A stretch of 64,000 bases of DNA from Lama glama (GCA_028534125.1 CM052816.1:2544001-2608000), one strand, 5' to 3'; shown: positions 49,918-63,512, numbered from the stretch's first letter. Numbers and translations: made by a program. The notes: generated by a model from the letters alone, not told the origin.

Positions 49918-52026
49918 CCAGTGACTTCTGCTTCCACCAGGACCTCCTGTTACCTAAGCTTTAGAGACTTAGATCAAACGCCACCTCCTTTGTGGAGCCT
50001 GCCCTGAAATCGGCTCTCTCCTCCACTCTTCTCACCACTCTCGCTACACTCATCACCCAACCCTGCAGAGCAGGTGCTTCCCAGGACAAGACAGACACTC
50101 ACCTCCTCCCTCTGGCTTCTCCAGAGCACTTTGGACAACCTCCCTGCCTGAACAAATCCCATCACCTACACACAACCACGGCATACATGTCCCCAGTCGG
50201 TTCTCTGCAAGTCTCTTTCTGTCCGTTCCCCCTCCTCACTGGGGATTATCAAAGTGCTAAGACAAGTATTGGAGCATGAAAGGATATATAGCCTTTTCTC
50301 AGGCACCTGGGTGGGAAACGGAGTAACCAAGGGACAAAATGAGTGAAGCGACAAAAACAATAAGAAGGGTAGGGGGGGTCACCTACAAAGGAAGTGAGGG
50401 CACTGTGACCTAATTTCTTATTCTTCACTATCTTGCCCAGAATCAGCACTGTCTTCCACCTTCATGCTGCGCGGTGAGAAAGGACACGGAGAACAAAAAG
50501 AGAGAGGAGCCCCGGTCGTTCCCCCAGCACACCTCAGAGACCTACGTGCACCAGGCACGAAACACTGCATTCTGAGTGTGGCCCTTCCGCCAATTTCCTG
50601 CACTGTTACAACTCCGCTGTATGCTATTTTCACTGGGACTCCCCATGTACGAATTTTGAAAAATGCACTTTGTTCTAATCACATCATCAAAAACCAAAAC
50701 CCATGCTTTTTAATCATTCTCTTCTCTCCAAAAGAAGTGTTCTTACCATGGTTATTTCAAATCCCTTCTTAGCCAGGAAAAGACTGGTCACACTTTAAAT
50801 GAAGTGTCATGAGCAAGAATTTAATTTAAACTTAATAAGACAGTTATTATATGTTAAATACCATATGGTTATTAAAAACATATTTATTGAGGTTTAACAA
50901 GTATGTCAAGACAATACTCCATAAACAGCAGGAATTGTTCACAGGATGCAGTTATGGATTCTTACATCTTGTGAATAGATGCACTTTATATGAGACCATT
51001 AAAAATAATAATAAAGAATCTCCAAGGGTCTCTATCTGGGAGGGCAAAAGGGACAGTGAATCTGTGTGCTGCTTGCTCCCCCTGGAGACCTCGAACCAGT
51101 TCCTGTGTGAGATGGTCATGAAAAATGAGCTTGGGGGGGTCCTTCCCTCATCCTCATTCGTGCTCTGTGCAAAGCCAACTGTACTGTTTGGCATGACTGA
51201 TGAAGACCGTTCAGGGGAGCTTGCTGGGGTTGGGGAAGGGAGGAGCTCAGGAGGAGTCATCTGGAGTAAGTCGGGGGGAAGGACTCATGGGGACTTGGGC
51301 CAGGTTTCTGATGATGACCAATTCTCCTTATGCGCAAAAACTTTAAAATGCATCTATGTGTGCGTGTCCATGCAGATATTCATGCAGTCACACAAACCTT
51401 ATATCCTACACTCACCCCAGAAGAGTGCTTGGAAACACTGATTGTCCATTTTGTGTACCAACTGTGGTGTCCTCTAAACTCGCCGTGTTACCTGAAAGCA
51501 AACTGGGCTGAAAGGAAGACGGCTTCTCCCCTCACTGCCAGCTCTCCTCCCGCCGAAATGGCAGGGATCCGCCGCAGCCTGTGTTCATGGCCCCGTGTGC
51601 TGACACTACGGCGATGCCCCTGACACGAGGGCACTTGCTTAGCAGGATGACTTCACGGGAGGGTCAGGCCAGGGGACTCGTGATGGGCCATGAGTAAGAA
51701 CTGGCAAAAACTCACAACCTTGACAGTGAGCAATCATGTCAAAGGAAATTGTTCATCAGTATCTGAAGAGCAGCGAGGTCTGAGTTTTGAGTGAGCAGCT
51801 GTTGGTCTCCAGGTTTTCCTCAGTGTATCAGCCCCTTTTTAAGAAGCATTCTGCCCGGACTGAGACATCAAATGCCAAGCCCCAGACTTCCCTCAATTGC
51901 TTTACCCAGAAAAGGTTCCCTGGGTGCCTCTCAGTGTAGTTACATTGTTCTGCAGCGACCAGCCAGGTCTCTAGGTGGTAACCTAGAAGAGATGCTTAGA
52001 GCCATCCTTCCACTTTGCTCTGAGAC

Positions 52027-52037
52027 TGTGCGTGTGC

Positions 52038-52069
<32 letters not shown>

Positions 52070-52092
52070 CTGTGTGTATGCATGCGTGCACA
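52027..52092. repeat. (TG)n microsatellite
   Basis: Directly visible. Confidence 0.95.
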
Positions 52093-54489
52093 CAGGAGAG
52101 AGGGAGGGAGAGAGAAACTATATAATGATCACGTCAGCACAATGAACAGACCCAACTGCATGAGGATAATTATGTTTTACAGTTTTGCTAAACACAAGAA
52201 AGTATTTTCTCAGGCCATTTAATTGAAACAACATCATGGGTTATACCTTCATTGTAATAAAACTCCACTGTGTGTCCAAGTGCCAGGGGATTTATTAACT
52301 TGCTCCGAGCTCTGAGAATCCGCAGGCCGGGTCAGACGCGGCTAGTGATGATGACATCATCGGGTTTGGCAGCTCTTTTCAACTGGTGTTGAGTGAGGTA
52401 ATGTCCCCAAAATTAAAACTGACAGCAAGATTAATGATGATAGATTCACGGACTCTTTTTTTTTTTTTTTCATGCTTTAAATTGGTGTTCTGTTTCTTCC
52501 ATTCCGGACGGCCAAGAGAGCTCCGTGCCATTAGCTTGGCATATCAGCAAAGCCAGATAACAGGAGCCCCTTCTCCCTGCTGCCCGGGGACAGGCCGGGA
52601 CTCCAGGGCTCGAGGTGATTTAGAGATGGGGCCAAAGGGACACATACCCTCAGGTCTTTTGCAGAGGTTAGGACAATGAGATATACTGCCTTTATCAGAC
52701 CAGCAAATACATGCATTCGATTCATTATCCTGGTACCAGAAAGGTTATGTGCTCTGCGGGGGGCTGCGGTGTGCAAGGAACACCTCACCCACTCTTGCTC
52801 CACTGAGTCAGAATCTGCAGTCCCTTAAGTGGGAGCTGGGCTGATCTTGATCTTTGGGCTTTCCATAATGAAAAGGTTTGCTGAGGCTATTGAGAGCATG
52901 AAGAAAATTCTGAGGTGGAAGATTGGGAACTGTTTAAGATGCACAGAAGAGATCCATTTTATCAACCATTTTAGAGACCCCAGTATCCTACAAACAACTA
53001 TCATCTTAATTAATTATGCTGCCCCTAGTCTATAAACTTAAGGGCAGAGATTAACTGTTTTCATCTTTGTAATTTCAACACCAATCATAACAACGTATAG
53101 CAGGCACTAAAAAATATTTATTGAATGTGTGTTACTTAAGAAGACCTTAAAGGCTTCTCATAAGAAATTGGAGTCTCTCAACTGGGTTTATGGAGTGAAT
53201 TTTCAAATAAGGAAAACACTCTTCTTTGAAAACATGGTCCAATTGTTCATAGCCACTAGTCTACATGGACATGCCTCACTTGTCTGAAATAACGTGGTTT
53301 ACTGTTTTTTTAAAAAAAGAAAACAAAGAATGAAAGAAGAAACGTAAACTGAAAAGCCAAAATGGTATCTGATGATATAATAAATCGCCATGCTGCAGAA
53401 TGGCAGTCGCAGAAAGTTCTCGGCGTCACTCCCACTGTGAGTGTGGTATCTTCCTCACAGGTGAAATCTATCTGCAGGTTCAGTGGTTACCTCACAATGA
53501 GACGTAGAGTTAACCCCGCTGGAGGTGGGAGTGGCAGTTGGGAAGGAAATGTCCTTCTGTCTTGAAAGAGGCAACGCAGGGCCCACTTGGCAGTGGGAGA
53601 GGACGTGGGGACCCGCTGGAGTTCTTTCTGGTCAGTCTTATTTCTAAGCAGAACACTCCCTGTGTCCAAAGTCAGGGGACATCGCGAGGCTCTAAGGCAC
53701 CCCCTACTAGCAGAGACGTTCAGCAAGTCCCGTCCCCTCGCGGGGCCTCCGTTTCCCGTTGGTAAGGTGAGCGATTGGAGTTGACAAGCACTAAGGCCCT
53801 TGGCAGGCCAGGCATTCTCTGATTTTAGGGGCTTAATTGCTCTTGGGAGAGGCATGCCCAGACAGATCAAGTGGACTGCACTAACTCCTTGCCCCAGCTG
53901 TTCAAACAGAGGCAGGGCTTTCTTGCCCCCTGAAGTTTATGGTACTGGTTGGGATAAAAGGACAGATCTCCCCACCCTCCGTTCTTTTTGGCAACTTGGG
54001 CTCCAAACATTTGGTTTCTAAGCAAGTTCCAACACTTCCCCAAGGCCCTCGCAGCTCCTCACCCTCATTTCTTTTGCCGTACGTCTCCATCATTTTCCTT
54101 CCTCTCTCCAACGCACTGTTCTCTTCACAAAAAAAGGCAAACTGTGGATGGAGGGCTCGGAGGTGCTGCTGGGTTTCATTAACGAGAAGCACACAAGGTA
54201 AAAACCTACTTATGTCCCTTTTATCTCCACCAATGGCATTTCTTTCAGAAAAAAAAATGACTAATTAACATTTTTTGGAGTGTTTATCTGCTCACAGTGG
54301 TTCCCTTTCCTAAGCCCTGCCCCCAGATCCACAGGGTAAGACTGGAGGCCTGGCAGTCAAGTCCACGCTAGATGACACCTACCTTTCTGGACATGGCTGA
54401 CCAGAACGCAGTGGACACTGAATCAGATTGGGAAGCTGGAAAATCTTCACTGACTTCTCCTCCTTTGCAATGCAATGCTCGGTCCTTTA

Positions 54490-54675
54490 CACCCGAGATG
54501 CTTAATCTGGCTGCCTCTTATAATCACGCAGGGAGATTTTCTAAATGCAAAAGCCTGAACTCCTACTCCAGCAATTCAGATCCAGTTAATCTGGTGGGAA
54601 GGGACAGGCACTGGGGTATGTTCTGGAAACTCTGTAAGTGATGCTAATATGCAGACAGGATCAGGAGCCACCTCC
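54490..54675. mobile_element. MER5-family (MER5B/MER5A1-like) hAT MITE
   Basis: cttaatctggctgc...taatcacgcagggagattttctaaatgc...gtgatgctaatatgcagacagg. Confidence 0.7.
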
Positions 54676-54824
54676 CAAAACTGAAGCTCTGGGCTGTTAG
54701 TTTGAAATCTTCCACGATGGTGTTATAAGCCTGAATGTCAAAGCTGTGGTGGTGGGACCAAACCTAAGTACCTTTCTCTGTCTCTTAGCAGGTCCCTAGA
54801 GTTCCAGTGTGTGGTGACCGCTGT

Positions 54825-54840
54825 GTGCCCTCTAGGGGAC
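54825..54840 (-). promoter_or_regulatory. Candidate CTCF motif
   Basis: Reverse complement gtcccctagagggcac fits the CTCF core CC(a/g)C(c/t)AG(a/g)GGGC(a/g)C with one mismatch. Confidence 0.35.
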
Positions 54841-55182
54841 CAAAAGGCCCAGGGAAAGTCACACCATGATATGTTGTCTCTGCCCCGACTCTGTGCCGCC
54901 ACCTCCCCTCCACTGAGCTCTACATCCCTGGCCAGAATCAGAAAGTAGTTTGGAAACCTACCACCACTGCATTCATTAGCTAGACAGAAACGCTAATGAG
55001 TGACTGCTGTTTTATGTCCAAGGCTACAGGACACAGGATGGCACTGTTAAGAGGTATAAACAAGAAAAGGGTGGCTGGATGCCTCTGTATGACTCCTGAA
55101 ACCACATTTTTGGTTGGAGTACCATGAAGCTGGCACCCTGCCCTAGTCTAGGAATAAAGACTCAGCCTGCCCCCAGCAAATC

Positions 55183-55292
55183 GAGGGTGAACCTCCACCC
55201 AGGTTTGTCTGAGACTGTCCTGCCTTTAGGCCTAGAACCCCTCGTACAGGAAGCCCTTCAGTTCTGGGAAAACTGAGACAGCTGGTCCTATC
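55183..55292. mobile_element. MER81-like hAT-Blackjack MITE
   Basis: agggtgaacc...ggtttgtctgagactgtcc...gggaaaactgagacagctggtcc. Confidence 0.6.
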
Positions 55293-57059
55293 AGCTCTCC
55301 TGCTCAGACCTGCAAAGGAATGACGGCAGATGTCTCTTCTCAAAGTTAGAAACAGTTCTCCAGTGGACATGCCTGTCCATCTCCGTCAAAGCTGAGCACG
55401 CCTGTCACGACCCCTGCTCCTACGCCTCTGAGAAAGGATGGGGGACAACAGGGTGGGGGCAATACACCCACTCTGAAGCAGAACGCTTTGCACCCAAAGC
55501 CCCCCCTGGGGCTCAGAAAATAGGATTCATCCCTAGTACTACCCACTCCCACTCAAGCCCTTCAGGGCTTCTCTCCGGGTGACTTGGAACTGGGATCTAA
55601 AGAGACTCGAGCTCATCTCTTCTACCAAGTCGGGGTGCGCACGCTCCCAAGCTCCTGGCAGCCGGATCCTGAGAAGGCGACTGTGGGCGAGAGGCCACCA
55701 GCCTGCAGTGAGAGAAGGCAGAGGCCGAGACAAGGGAAAGGAAAAGAAGTCTGCTGGGGGTTCTGGATGGGTCTCTAATTTCTGCTTTCTGATCCCCATC
55801 AGGACTCCTGTTTTTGGCTTTCGTAAGATCCCCTCCACCCTTTTGTACCTTTCCTTTGCAAGGATAGAGGAGTTCAACCCAAACTGACAAAAGCAGGAAA
55901 GAGAGCTTATTGTTTCCTATCCGTGGACAGTCTAGGGTGTGTGTAACTTCAGGCTCTGCTCGCCCCAGGCCTCACTCAGTTCAACGGTTCCTCCCTCTCC
56001 ATGGCCCCACCCTGGTTCCGTAGCAGTTCCCCCAGCTCTGTGGCAGACTGGCCCGTCCTACTCATAGGCTGGCTCCCAGAATCTCCCGGCACTATGCTGG
56101 GTTTATTCTCTGCGACAAAAGTGAGACCCTTTTCCAAGATTGCCACTAAAAGTTTTAATGCTTCTCAATGGCTCAACTTGGCCATCCTGAGCCAGTACCC
56201 AGGGCCTGGAGGAACATCCTGAATCACACGGCCAAGCCCTGCCAGAGGGAGAGCCAGCTCTGCTGAAGCCCGTGGACTGAGGTGCGGAAGAGATGACTTC
56301 CCAGGGGACCCTAATATATGGTCACCGTACGCAAGGTGGATAGATAGTAAGGATCAAAACTAGTAAGAGGTGTCCCTTACTCTTATTTCAATACCTCCTT
56401 TTCCCCTAAACTAGACTAAGGAAGAATAAGTTTGTTACAACTAAAAAGAACTCTAACAATTATAACACTACAGCCCACAGTTACCCCTCAACATTCCCGA
56501 AATCTCCCTCCCCACAGTTTCACATGGCCTACAGCCATATCGGTACTTCGTCCAGAGGACAAAGCCTCACTTAGCGGCAAAAAGTTCTGATGTGTTTTGA
56601 ACTTCTAAATGTGGCAGAAGTGACAATATTATGAAAAGCTTCTTTTTTCAAAAGACCTTGTTGCTTAAATAGAAAAGCCACATGTTTGTCTAGATACTGA
56701 TCAGCCTTCTCGAGTCCCAGCCAACGCCTAGAAGTCCGAGTCTTTTCGAGAGCCTCTTAATTAAAAACACTAATGACAATACAAAGCACTAGCAACAAGG
56801 AAACATGAATCTCTTTGATAACCTAAATCTCAAAGGCGGTTTTGTTTGCACTCATAAGCAAACCACGTCTGTCTTTCTGGTTCTGTTCTCACTGGTTTTT
56901 ATCTGAGAAGAGTCAATGGATACTTACAAACTCGTCCACAGAAATAAGAAAGCATCGAAGGGAAGCCGAAACTAGGTCCTTGTTCCCTCTGTCAGTCGTA
57001 TGTCCCTCAATATTAGGGCTCTCCATTCTCTACAGAAATTTGGACTGTGAACGCCACAC

Positions 57060-57842
57060 TCTGATTCCAAGAACAATTTCCAGAATTACCCTCAGCATGA
57101 GCTCTCCTCTCCAGCAGCGCCTAATTACCCCTCCTGACACCTGTTCTGTGGTGCCCCGACTCTGTCTTTTTTCCCCCACATTCTCTATCTTCTTTGGTTT
57201 GTTATTCTCCACCTTTCTTAATAATATCCATCCTCCACGGCTCAACTTAAACCCCCCTCTGTCACGCTTAGGCCCCAGCTTACAATCAATCCATCTTTCT
57301 ACCTAAAGGTCTCTGATGGTTCCCCATAGCACTGAGGTAAGAATTTTTGGACTCTTGGGTTAAACCCATAAGGCCCTAAATGATCTGTCCTGCTGTCCTC
57401 CCATCTCATCTCAACTCGTATGCTCCAGCTGCCCTCGATCCTCTTCACTTCCCAGGATTTCCTGAGCTGTTTCTAGTCACATGTTCTTTCCCCTCTACTT
57501 GGAAAGTTCTTCCCTTGCTCGTTCCCAGCACTGTCTCCTTCTCAGTTGTCGGGTCTCAGCTGAAGCGTTACTTCTTCAGAGATCCTTCCCTGCCTACCCA
57601 TGACGATCCACCTGTCCTACCCTCGTGCTGTTTCTGTCTGCCACACAGATGCGCTTCCTGTCTCCATAGGCCACTCTGGATTGCAGAATTGCATATTTTT
57701 TTGTTTAGTGCTTATCTTTCCCACAAAATGTAATTTGCGAGAGGCCGGGGGCAATTTATTTCACTCCTACAACTCCTGGCAGTTAGCATGGGACCTCCAC
57801 ACCGGAGGAGGTGTTCAATAAATATTCACTGAACAAATGAGC
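57060..57842 (+). mobile_element. L2 LINE 3' fragment
   Basis: aaggccctaaatgatctgtcctgct...ggaaagttcttccc...gttacttcttcagagatccttccctg...gttcaataaatattcactgaacaaatga. Confidence 0.8.
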
Positions 57843-58894
57843 GTGTCACTCCTTCTACACACTTACAACACAGCTGGATCATACTGAGCTTTGTATGACA
57901 GAGTTCGTATCAGTTGTGCATTTCACACTAGACTACAGGATTTTCAGAGAATGGTCATGGATAAATGAGACAGCACTTGCAAAGCCCTGGACCCAGGGTA
58001 GCTCCTCAGTCAGCTCCCGCTCTCAGACGGCTGAGCATCACAGAGTGGTCTTGGGTTCTTGTGATGTTCCATCACTTCCTAGCTCTGTAACCTTGGCCAA
58101 GTCTGCCCATCCCCTCTGGGCCTAAATCTCCTCACTGTCAATATACTGAACAGCACTACAGGGCTGGCAAAGAGGAATGAATCATGCTCCCTGACCTCAA
58201 GGAACTTACAAGCTAATGAAGGAGACAAGACTTAAACACTCAAAAATTTAAATGACAATACAAGCTGCAATAGGAGAGACACATTAAGACAGAAGAATGC
58301 ATGATTCGTTGTTCAACGAGGTGTACAGATGGTATTGGAGAGAACTCACCGTGGGCTGCAGGCTCAGCCCACACACTCTAACTCAACTCAGAACCACAGA
58401 CAGGAAACCAGCTATGGAGCTGCTTTGTTAATAAGAGCGGGGGGAAAAAAGAACAAAGCTTCAATGGAAAGAGAGCTACTCAAATTATATTTGCAGGATA
58501 TACAGCCAAATGACTATTGAATTTTACTCTGTGGTAATTCATTGTTGAGGAATTACAGAGCAGCCTCTGAAAGGGAGGCTTCGGGCTACTTCCAGTGGAC
58601 TTCATAGCAGAAATGCTCTGGAGGAGCTTGGGACCAAGGTCACTTCTATTCGGGGGAAGCGAGCCCCGGCTTGACCCTATCTGACCTCTCTGCTGCGAGG
58701 TACACTCGGGTTTGTGTCTTTGCGCTCTGGGGTCACAGAAAAATGTTAATGACGACTCCAGATACAGTATCTCAGAAAACATCTCGGCCACCAGGAGCCA
58801 CGCAAAGACCGGGGTTATTCCTGCAAGGGGGTAACCAAGCTCCTGGAGCGGACTTTTTTAGCACTTCCAGACACGGAAGAGGCAGAGATCAACT

Positions 58895-59130
58895 ACTTCT
58901 TTGAGTAACTCAGTAAGTGTGACTGGGCAAGAGCTCTGACATAAACTCGGGCAATGACATTGGGCCAGTTATGTGCCCTCTTCTCTGTAAGCGGAATTTA
59001 ATAACAGGACCGAACTCACAGGGTGACCGTGTGATTATACGTCATAATGCTATCAACGGGCTAAGGTGTCCAATGCATAAAGTACCTTCTCCAAAGGTGC
59101 TGGTAATCAATATTATTGTCATTATTCTCC
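58895..59130 (+). mobile_element. MIR
   Basis: tgacattgggccagttatgtgccctcttctctgtaagcggaatttaataacaggaccgaactcacagggtg. Confidence 0.65.
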
Positions 59131-59204
59131 ATAATAACACTGTCCTAGGGACTTAAGAGATATGAGATATGGTGTTCCTGGATACTCCTTAAATCTGAAT
59201 TGGG

Positions 59205-59704
59205 NNNNNNNNNNNNNNNNNNNNNNNNNNNNNNNNNNNNNNNNNNNNNNNNNNNNNNNNNNNNNNNNNNNNNNNNNNNNNNNNNNNNNNNNNNNNNNNN
59301 NNNNNNNNNNNNNNNNNNNNNNNNNNNNNNNNNNNNNNNNNNNNNNNNNNNNNNNNNNNNNNNNNNNNNNNNNNNNNNNNNNNNNNNNNNNNNNNNNNNN
59401 NNNNNNNNNNNNNNNNNNNNNNNNNNNNNNNNNNNNNNNNNNNNNNNNNNNNNNNNNNNNNNNNNNNNNNNNNNNNNNNNNNNNNNNNNNNNNNNNNNNN
59501 NNNNNNNNNNNNNNNNNNNNNNNNNNNNNNNNNNNNNNNNNNNNNNNNNNNNNNNNNNNNNNNNNNNNNNNNNNNNNNNNNNNNNNNNNNNNNNNNNNNN
59601 NNNNNNNNNNNNNNNNNNNNNNNNNNNNNNNNNNNNNNNNNNNNNNNNNNNNNNNNNNNNNNNNNNNNNNNNNNNNNNNNNNNNNNNNNNNNNNNNNNNN
59701 NNNN
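59205..59704. other. Assembly gap (500 N)
   Basis: Exactly 500 N. Confidence 1.
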
Positions 59705-60774
59705 GAGATTTCTTAGATTCTGTGTGTGCAAGTTTTCTTTCTGTTATATGAAGATCCTGTATACACTTGTCACACACATAGTGTCATGGAAAATTGATGA
59801 CAAATGGTGGTGGAAAAAATGAGCAAAGTTTTGATCATTGTTTAATTTACTAAAAGAACAGCTCCACCTAAGATTCTTTCTGCTTGTTGCCAACAGTGAC
59901 AAAGGAGTTGGAGATGCTGCAAATGTGTTTCTGAGAACCTTCTGCAGCTGTTGCAAACGTGGGACTGAAAGCTTAAGGAATGTAATCACCAGGAAGATAT
60001 TTCCTAGGACTCTTTAGAATCCCTGTAGGAGAAATCTTTGGACTTTCTCACTTCTGAATTTTTGTTACCCAATGTAATGGTTAACACATAATGGGTACTC
60101 AATACACATTTATTGAATGAATATTTATATGAATGAATCAATGAGTGGTTTCATTTTTAGAACTGGACTTTAGTCAGGAACACATTTTCTAAGTTACTTA
60201 CAATATGTGGAGCTATTTTATAGAAGAGGATGGTCATTTTTAAAACATCTATTTTTTGAAAGTCGCATTAGTTTTTGCCCCTCTTTATCACAGACAAAGG
60301 AGGAAGCCAAGTTTTGGTATTTAGCAAAATAAATTGACCAGGAAATGGCAGACTATTTTTATTCACAAACTGAGTTTTATACGATTTCCAGATGCTAAAA
60401 AGTCTGGCACTATTCAACACTGCCTACAACGTAGGAGGGCAGAGATAATGAAAAGCAAAACAAGAGGGGCAGGGCACTCTGGCTATAATGAGCTACTCAT
60501 TTTATAAGGAATTGATTTAACATTTGTCCAACGGTTAAACTCTCTCAAGCCAGATATACAGAAACAGAGCACTGAACTGAGAGAATTTCAGAAAAATTTT
60601 TAGTGTTTAGATATTTCAGAAGCTACATCATACTCCTCAGAATTCCAGAAGGAAGAAACTGAACTCAATAAAATATCAAACACCATTTCCAACCAGAGGG
60701 TCTCCAATTACCTCGACGTTGAAAGGAAGTGTCCAAACTCTTCTCAAAATTATTAATATTTGCTTTTATTTTAA

Positions 60775-60894
60775 TTTGTGGGGGGAGGTAATTAGGCTTA
60801 TTATTTTTTTTAATGGAGGTGCTGGAGATGGAACCCAGGATCTCGTGCACGCTAGGCATCCACTCTACCACTGAGCTACAACCCCTACCCCCCA
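60775..60894 (-). mobile_element. tRNA-derived SINE, camelid type
   Basis: Minus strand ggggtaggggttgtagctcagtggtagag (A box) ... ggttccatctcc (B-box-like) ... aagcctaattacctccccc; perfect 13-bp TSD GCTTTTATTTTAA at 60762-60774 and 60895-60907. Confidence 0.92.
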
Positions 60895-60954
60895 GCTTTT
60901 ATTTTAAAAAGCCTAGGCCGTGAGCCACTAAGCTATGAGATCAAACTAATGACA

Positions 60955-61536
60955 GGCATTCCAGTTATTTATTGACGCATAACAAACTATCCTAAACCTG
61001 AGTGGCAGAAAGCAACCACCACCTTATCGTGCTCACAAATACTGTGCGTCAGGAATTCAGACAGTGGCGATGTCTCATGCCTGCCTCATGATGTCTGGGG
61101 TCTCAGCCAGGACCGTTGCAATAGCTGTGGGTGACTGCAACAGCCATGGGCTGGAACCGTCCGGAGGCTTCCCCTCTCCTATGTCAGGACCTAGGCTGGC
61201 ACGACCTGAAGGCTGCTCTCAGCCGGGACTCTTGACCAGAGACACTACGCATGGCCTCTCCATGGGCCTTGGGCTTCCTCATAGCATGGCAGCTTCCAGG
61301 TGGCCAGACTTCTCACACAGAAGCTGAGAGTTCTAGAGTGAGTGCTCCAGCAAACACAGTGGGGGCTCGGCTACTTGACCTTTTATGACTCGTCCTCAGA
61401 ACTCACACTGCAGTACTTCAGTTGTACTCCACTGATCAAGCCACAAGCTCACCCAGATTCAAAAGTTAACAGTCCCACTTCTCGATGGGTGGAATGTCAA
61501 AGAATTTACAAAGCCATGCTTTGAAATCTCTGCAAC
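60955..61536 (-). mobile_element. MaLR solo LTR (MLT1F/H-like)
   Basis: cagttatttattgacgcataacaaactatcctaaacctgagtggc...catggcctctccatgggccttgggcttcctcatagcatggcag...cccagattcaa. Confidence 0.85.
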
Positions 61537-62059
61537 ACAGAACTAAGAGGAGACATTTGTGGTGTGCTGGGTTTCAGGTATCTCCAGGATTTTCAAGTAG
61601 AAACTCTGTATAAATATTTGAATATAGACATTAAACACAGAATTTAAGAGACATAGGTTTAAGTTCAAAAATGTCAGAGGGACATGTAGAGAAGTTGATG
61701 TTGACTATGAAACAGCTGAAGAGGCAGGGTTCTATGTTACTCATCTCACAGAAGTTACAGAGGACATAGTGGAAAGGGCTGGGAAAGAAAAGAGAAGAGG
61801 GAAGTTTGGCCAGGCATAAAGCGTGGAACATGAGTACATAAGAGAACAGACAACAGAGGAGGTGGCCTCACATCTGGAGACGGCCAAAGATTACAAGAGA
61901 TGTCGAATATGTTGGGTCTACCTGGCTGCAAGTTCTGCAAGGTAATGAGGCATGATATCCTCTAGTGGCCAGCGGCAGGTATCAGGGGACGGGGGTGGTG
62001 GGTCGCGGTAGTGTATGGAACACTCTATTTCCGCTACCCTCAGCCTGCATAAACTGCTC

Positions 62060-62615
62060 ATCAGTGGATGCAGAAGACCTTTATTGGTCCGTTGGTTGCC
62101 TCCTTATGCATGAGTTCATCCCTTTCCTATTCCAATAGCTCCAGGGGAACCAACTCCAACTTGACCTCCAGCACTGAATGATGTGACCAAGGCTAAGCCA
62201 GTAAGAGCGCCCTATCTGCCTGGCTACTGTGATTAGTTTAGGTGTAAACATACAATCCAAGATGGTCTAGTAACAACAATTCTCTAGATTTTGCTGAGAA
62301 CATTGGGACAAAAATACATTCTCACTACTGCAGCATGTAACTAGAGAAACAAGTAAGCCAGAATCTGCTGGAAGCCATCTTTTTCATAGGAAAGACCATA
62401 GTCTTAGAACTAAGATGTCACTGTGGAAGGTAGACCAGAAAGACAGAGAGAAATGGGGATCCTGTTGACCCTGTTTGAGCTGCAGGATCAATCTTCATCT
62501 GAAATAAGTCCTTTCTCTGGACTTTTCATACACATGAAGCAATAAAGTGGCCTTCCTATTTAGGTTAAATTGTGTTAACATTTTATTACTTTCAACAAAA
62601 ATTTAATTGAAATAT
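62060..62615 (+). mobile_element. MaLR solo LTR (MLT1J/K-like)
   Basis: atgtgaccaaggctaagccagt...ctggctactgtgattagtttagg...gaagccatctt...ggacttttcatacacatgaagcaataaa. Confidence 0.75.
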
Positions 62616-63309
62616 GATACAGAGAGATTCTAACTGCTGGTGGTACTGAACAGATTACACGGATATGGAAGAGAGGCTCTGTGCTAGAGGCTCTGAGCAC
62701 GCAGGCTCCTGAGAATAGTGGATTAGACCCTTTGTGTTCATTTACTGAGACTGCTGTCTCATGGTCCCAGCAGAATTTTTAGAATACTATTTGTATGACC
62801 ACACTTAGGTATCAAATTCCTTTGTCAGTTTGGACGATGCTTTCAAAAAAGTTCTTATAAGAGCGAGCAAAAAGTTCTTAAAAACAGTAGTGTGGAGGAG
62901 ACTCAGCACCCATCACTCGTCACCATCATGAGCTACGCTTGCTTCTTGGAGTCATAGTCCAGACGAAGCTGATATTGAGCCACTGACATTTATGAACTTT
63001 TTGCTCTGACATTCATAAACTTACTGCTTTTTGACATTTATCAACAAATTGCTTATAAATGTGTTAAATTAATTTATTAGTTCACAGGAATCCACTGTTC
63101 AATGAAGTAGAAAAATTTAACATCAAAGCTGACATCATTACACATAACCTATTTCCTCCATAAAGTAGAAGGTGTACTCAGGGAGAATACCAATTAGTAC
63201 AAAAAACTAGTTAGTGGGCCACCAAACATTCTCTTTGGGAAAGAGAGGGCTGCATAAGCACCAGCCCTAACTTTCAATGCGTTTAGTACAGTAGGCTGTC
63301 CTCCCGAAC

Positions 63310-63512
63310 CAGGAGTCATCAAATTTGGTCTGTGACTTATTTCCATAAATAAAGTTTTACCAGAACACAGCCATGCTCATTCATCTACCTATGTCTATGG
63401 CTTCTTTCAAGATCCAAAAGCAGAGCTGAGTAGCTATGAAAGACAGTAAATTGCCCACAGAGCTCAAAATATTCACTACCCATCACTTACAGAAAAATCT
63501 TGTGGCTTCCTA
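63310..63512. mobile_element. MER58-like hAT-Charlie MITE
   Basis: taaataaagttttaccagaacacagccatgctcattcatctacctatgtctatggct...gcagagctgagtagct...aaaatattcactac...tacagaaaaa. Confidence 0.85.

Noticed and set aside
49486..50007. 173-aa ORF
   Set aside because: Runs through MER20 and MER5A repeats.
50851..51441. 196-aa ORF, the longest gap-free ORF
   Set aside because: No recognisable domain or convincing splice signals; length is attainable by chance in 64 kb.
59145..59777. Long ORFs of 180-210 aa
   Set aside because: Artefacts of translating through the N gap.
60840..60894. tRNA-like A/B box sequence
   Set aside because: It is the head of a SINE with a TSD, not a tRNA gene.
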